Origin: an uncultured Bacteroidales bacterium
GTDB taxonomy: Bacteria > Bacteroidota > Bacteroidia > Bacteroidales > Paludibacteraceae
Assembly: GCA_946187555.1 (NCBI GenBank)
Contig: CAMHQP010000001.1
Coordinates: 2,651-66,650, forward strand
Length of the DNA: 64,000 nucleotides
Reading direction: 5' to 3'
Made by a program: the position numbers and the translations under genes. Each line of letters begins with the position of its first letter. Position 1 is the stretch's first letter. Of the stretch, positions 63,523 through 64,000 are shown piece after piece. Below the pieces are notes generated by a model that had not been told where the DNA came from, did not search any database, and saw nothing but the letters and a program-made list of their open reading frames with translations.

Positions 63523-63532
63523 CAGCCGATTT

Positions 63533-64000
63533 ATGAGACAATTCGGAGTAATAGTGCTTTTTTTGAGCCTCAGCGTGTGTGCGTTGTGGGCGGATGACAC
63601 CAAACAACCGGCGTATCAAATAGCCGATAACTCGTTCTTTGACCCCACACGTAAAGTGGAGAAAGAGAAGAGTTATGAGTTCGGTGTGGAGTACCGTATT
63701 GAGGTGGGCTACGCGCAACATAAGCAACATGTACGCAATCTGTCTTATCCGGGATTGTACTTACACGGCATTCGTTTGGGTGCCAGTTTCACCTTCAATC
63801 TGCCGATTCATTTTGGTTTGCAGACCGGATTGTATTACACGCTCCTGTATGGTCAAAACGAGCAACACTGGCGTTCCATGGATGCCCCGAGCGTACAAGC
63901 GGAATACATCAACCATCGTGTGCTGGAGCATAATCTGACGATTCCCGTTCGCGCGTATTACACGATTCCTCTTTGGAAGAAACTGAATCTGTTCTTCTAC
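63533..64000 (+). CDS. putative outer-membrane beta-barrel protein, 5' part (runs off the window)
   Basis: Not in the ORF track because it is open-ended. The ATG at 63533 gives signal peptide MRQFGVIVLFLSLSVCALWA, then alternating beta-strand pattern (YEFGVEYRIEVGY, IRLGASFTFNL, LQTGLYYTLLY). No stop to 64000. Confidence 0.6.
   Translation, partial: MRQFGVIVLFLSLSVCALWADDTKQPAYQIADNSFFDPTRKVEKEKSYEFGVEYRIEVGYAQHKQHVRNLSYPGLYLHGIRLGASFTFNLPIHFGLQTGLYYTLLYGQNEQHWRSMDAPSVQAEYINHRVLEHNLTIPVRAYYTIPLWKKLNLFFY

Noticed and set aside
1-64000. A search by eye for rRNA, tRNA, tmRNA, CRISPR arrays, IS elements or transposases, integrases, and phage structural genes.
   Set aside because: None was recognised. 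All intergenic gaps over 100 nt (523-867, 1428-1557, 1945-2055, 3313-3486, 50018-50427, 61861-61984, 63443-63532) are accounted for by promoters, leaders, terminators, the riboswitch or the repeat structures described. A tRNA or ncRNA scan was not run and could still find small RNAs.

Overview
This 64-kb window reads as a Bacteroidales-type (Bacteroidota) chromosomal segment. Most transcription units are preceded by TTTG-N19/20-TAnnTTTG promoters, often extended to TTTGCATAT...TACCTTTGCAG, rather than Shine-Dalgarno and -10/-35 signals. Other supporting content is a hybrid two-component (HTCS) regulator, a TonB-dependent receptor and many lipoproteins. About 50 protein genes lie in four dense co-directional blocks, and many junctions are ATGA or TAATG start/stop overlaps.

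Most content is housekeeping or envelope: C1 peptidase, PlsC-like acyltransferase, PreA-like oxidoreductase, TtcA-like PP-loop ATPase, sirtuin, menA, rfbA, glmM, lpxB, surE, M16 peptidase, ftsH, rsfS, an RND efflux triplet, pfkA, a TPP-riboswitch-controlled TonB receptor, dcp, an AsmA-like protein, ileS and pepD.

The non-routine content is:
1. A tandem array of small basic paralogs with a conserved leader (1-1944).
2. A 3270-aa secreted multidomain protein. Two downstream genes re-use its C-terminal module and its tail motif (3487-14368).
3. A six-gene translationally coupled cassette (19252-24871). It joins a sensor PP2C/RsbW-like fusion and a STAS protein to a stand-alone RelA/SpoT-type synthetase, an APH-fold kinase, an HD (SpoT-type) hydrolase and a CX5R phosphatase. 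This is my best candidate for an undescribed system.
4. Recurrent 7-nt tandem arrays inside ordinary genes and spacers, including an identical 20-mer at two unrelated loci.
5. A 42-nt inverted duplication of a whole promoter. It flanks an AT-rich 239-bp segment with four 11-bp direct repeats between pfkA and the riboswitch gene.
6. lpxB has no canonical start codon.

I recognised no rRNA, tRNA, CRISPR, transposase or integrase. All family calls come from reading motifs by eye. No search or computation was run, and domain boundaries are approximate.
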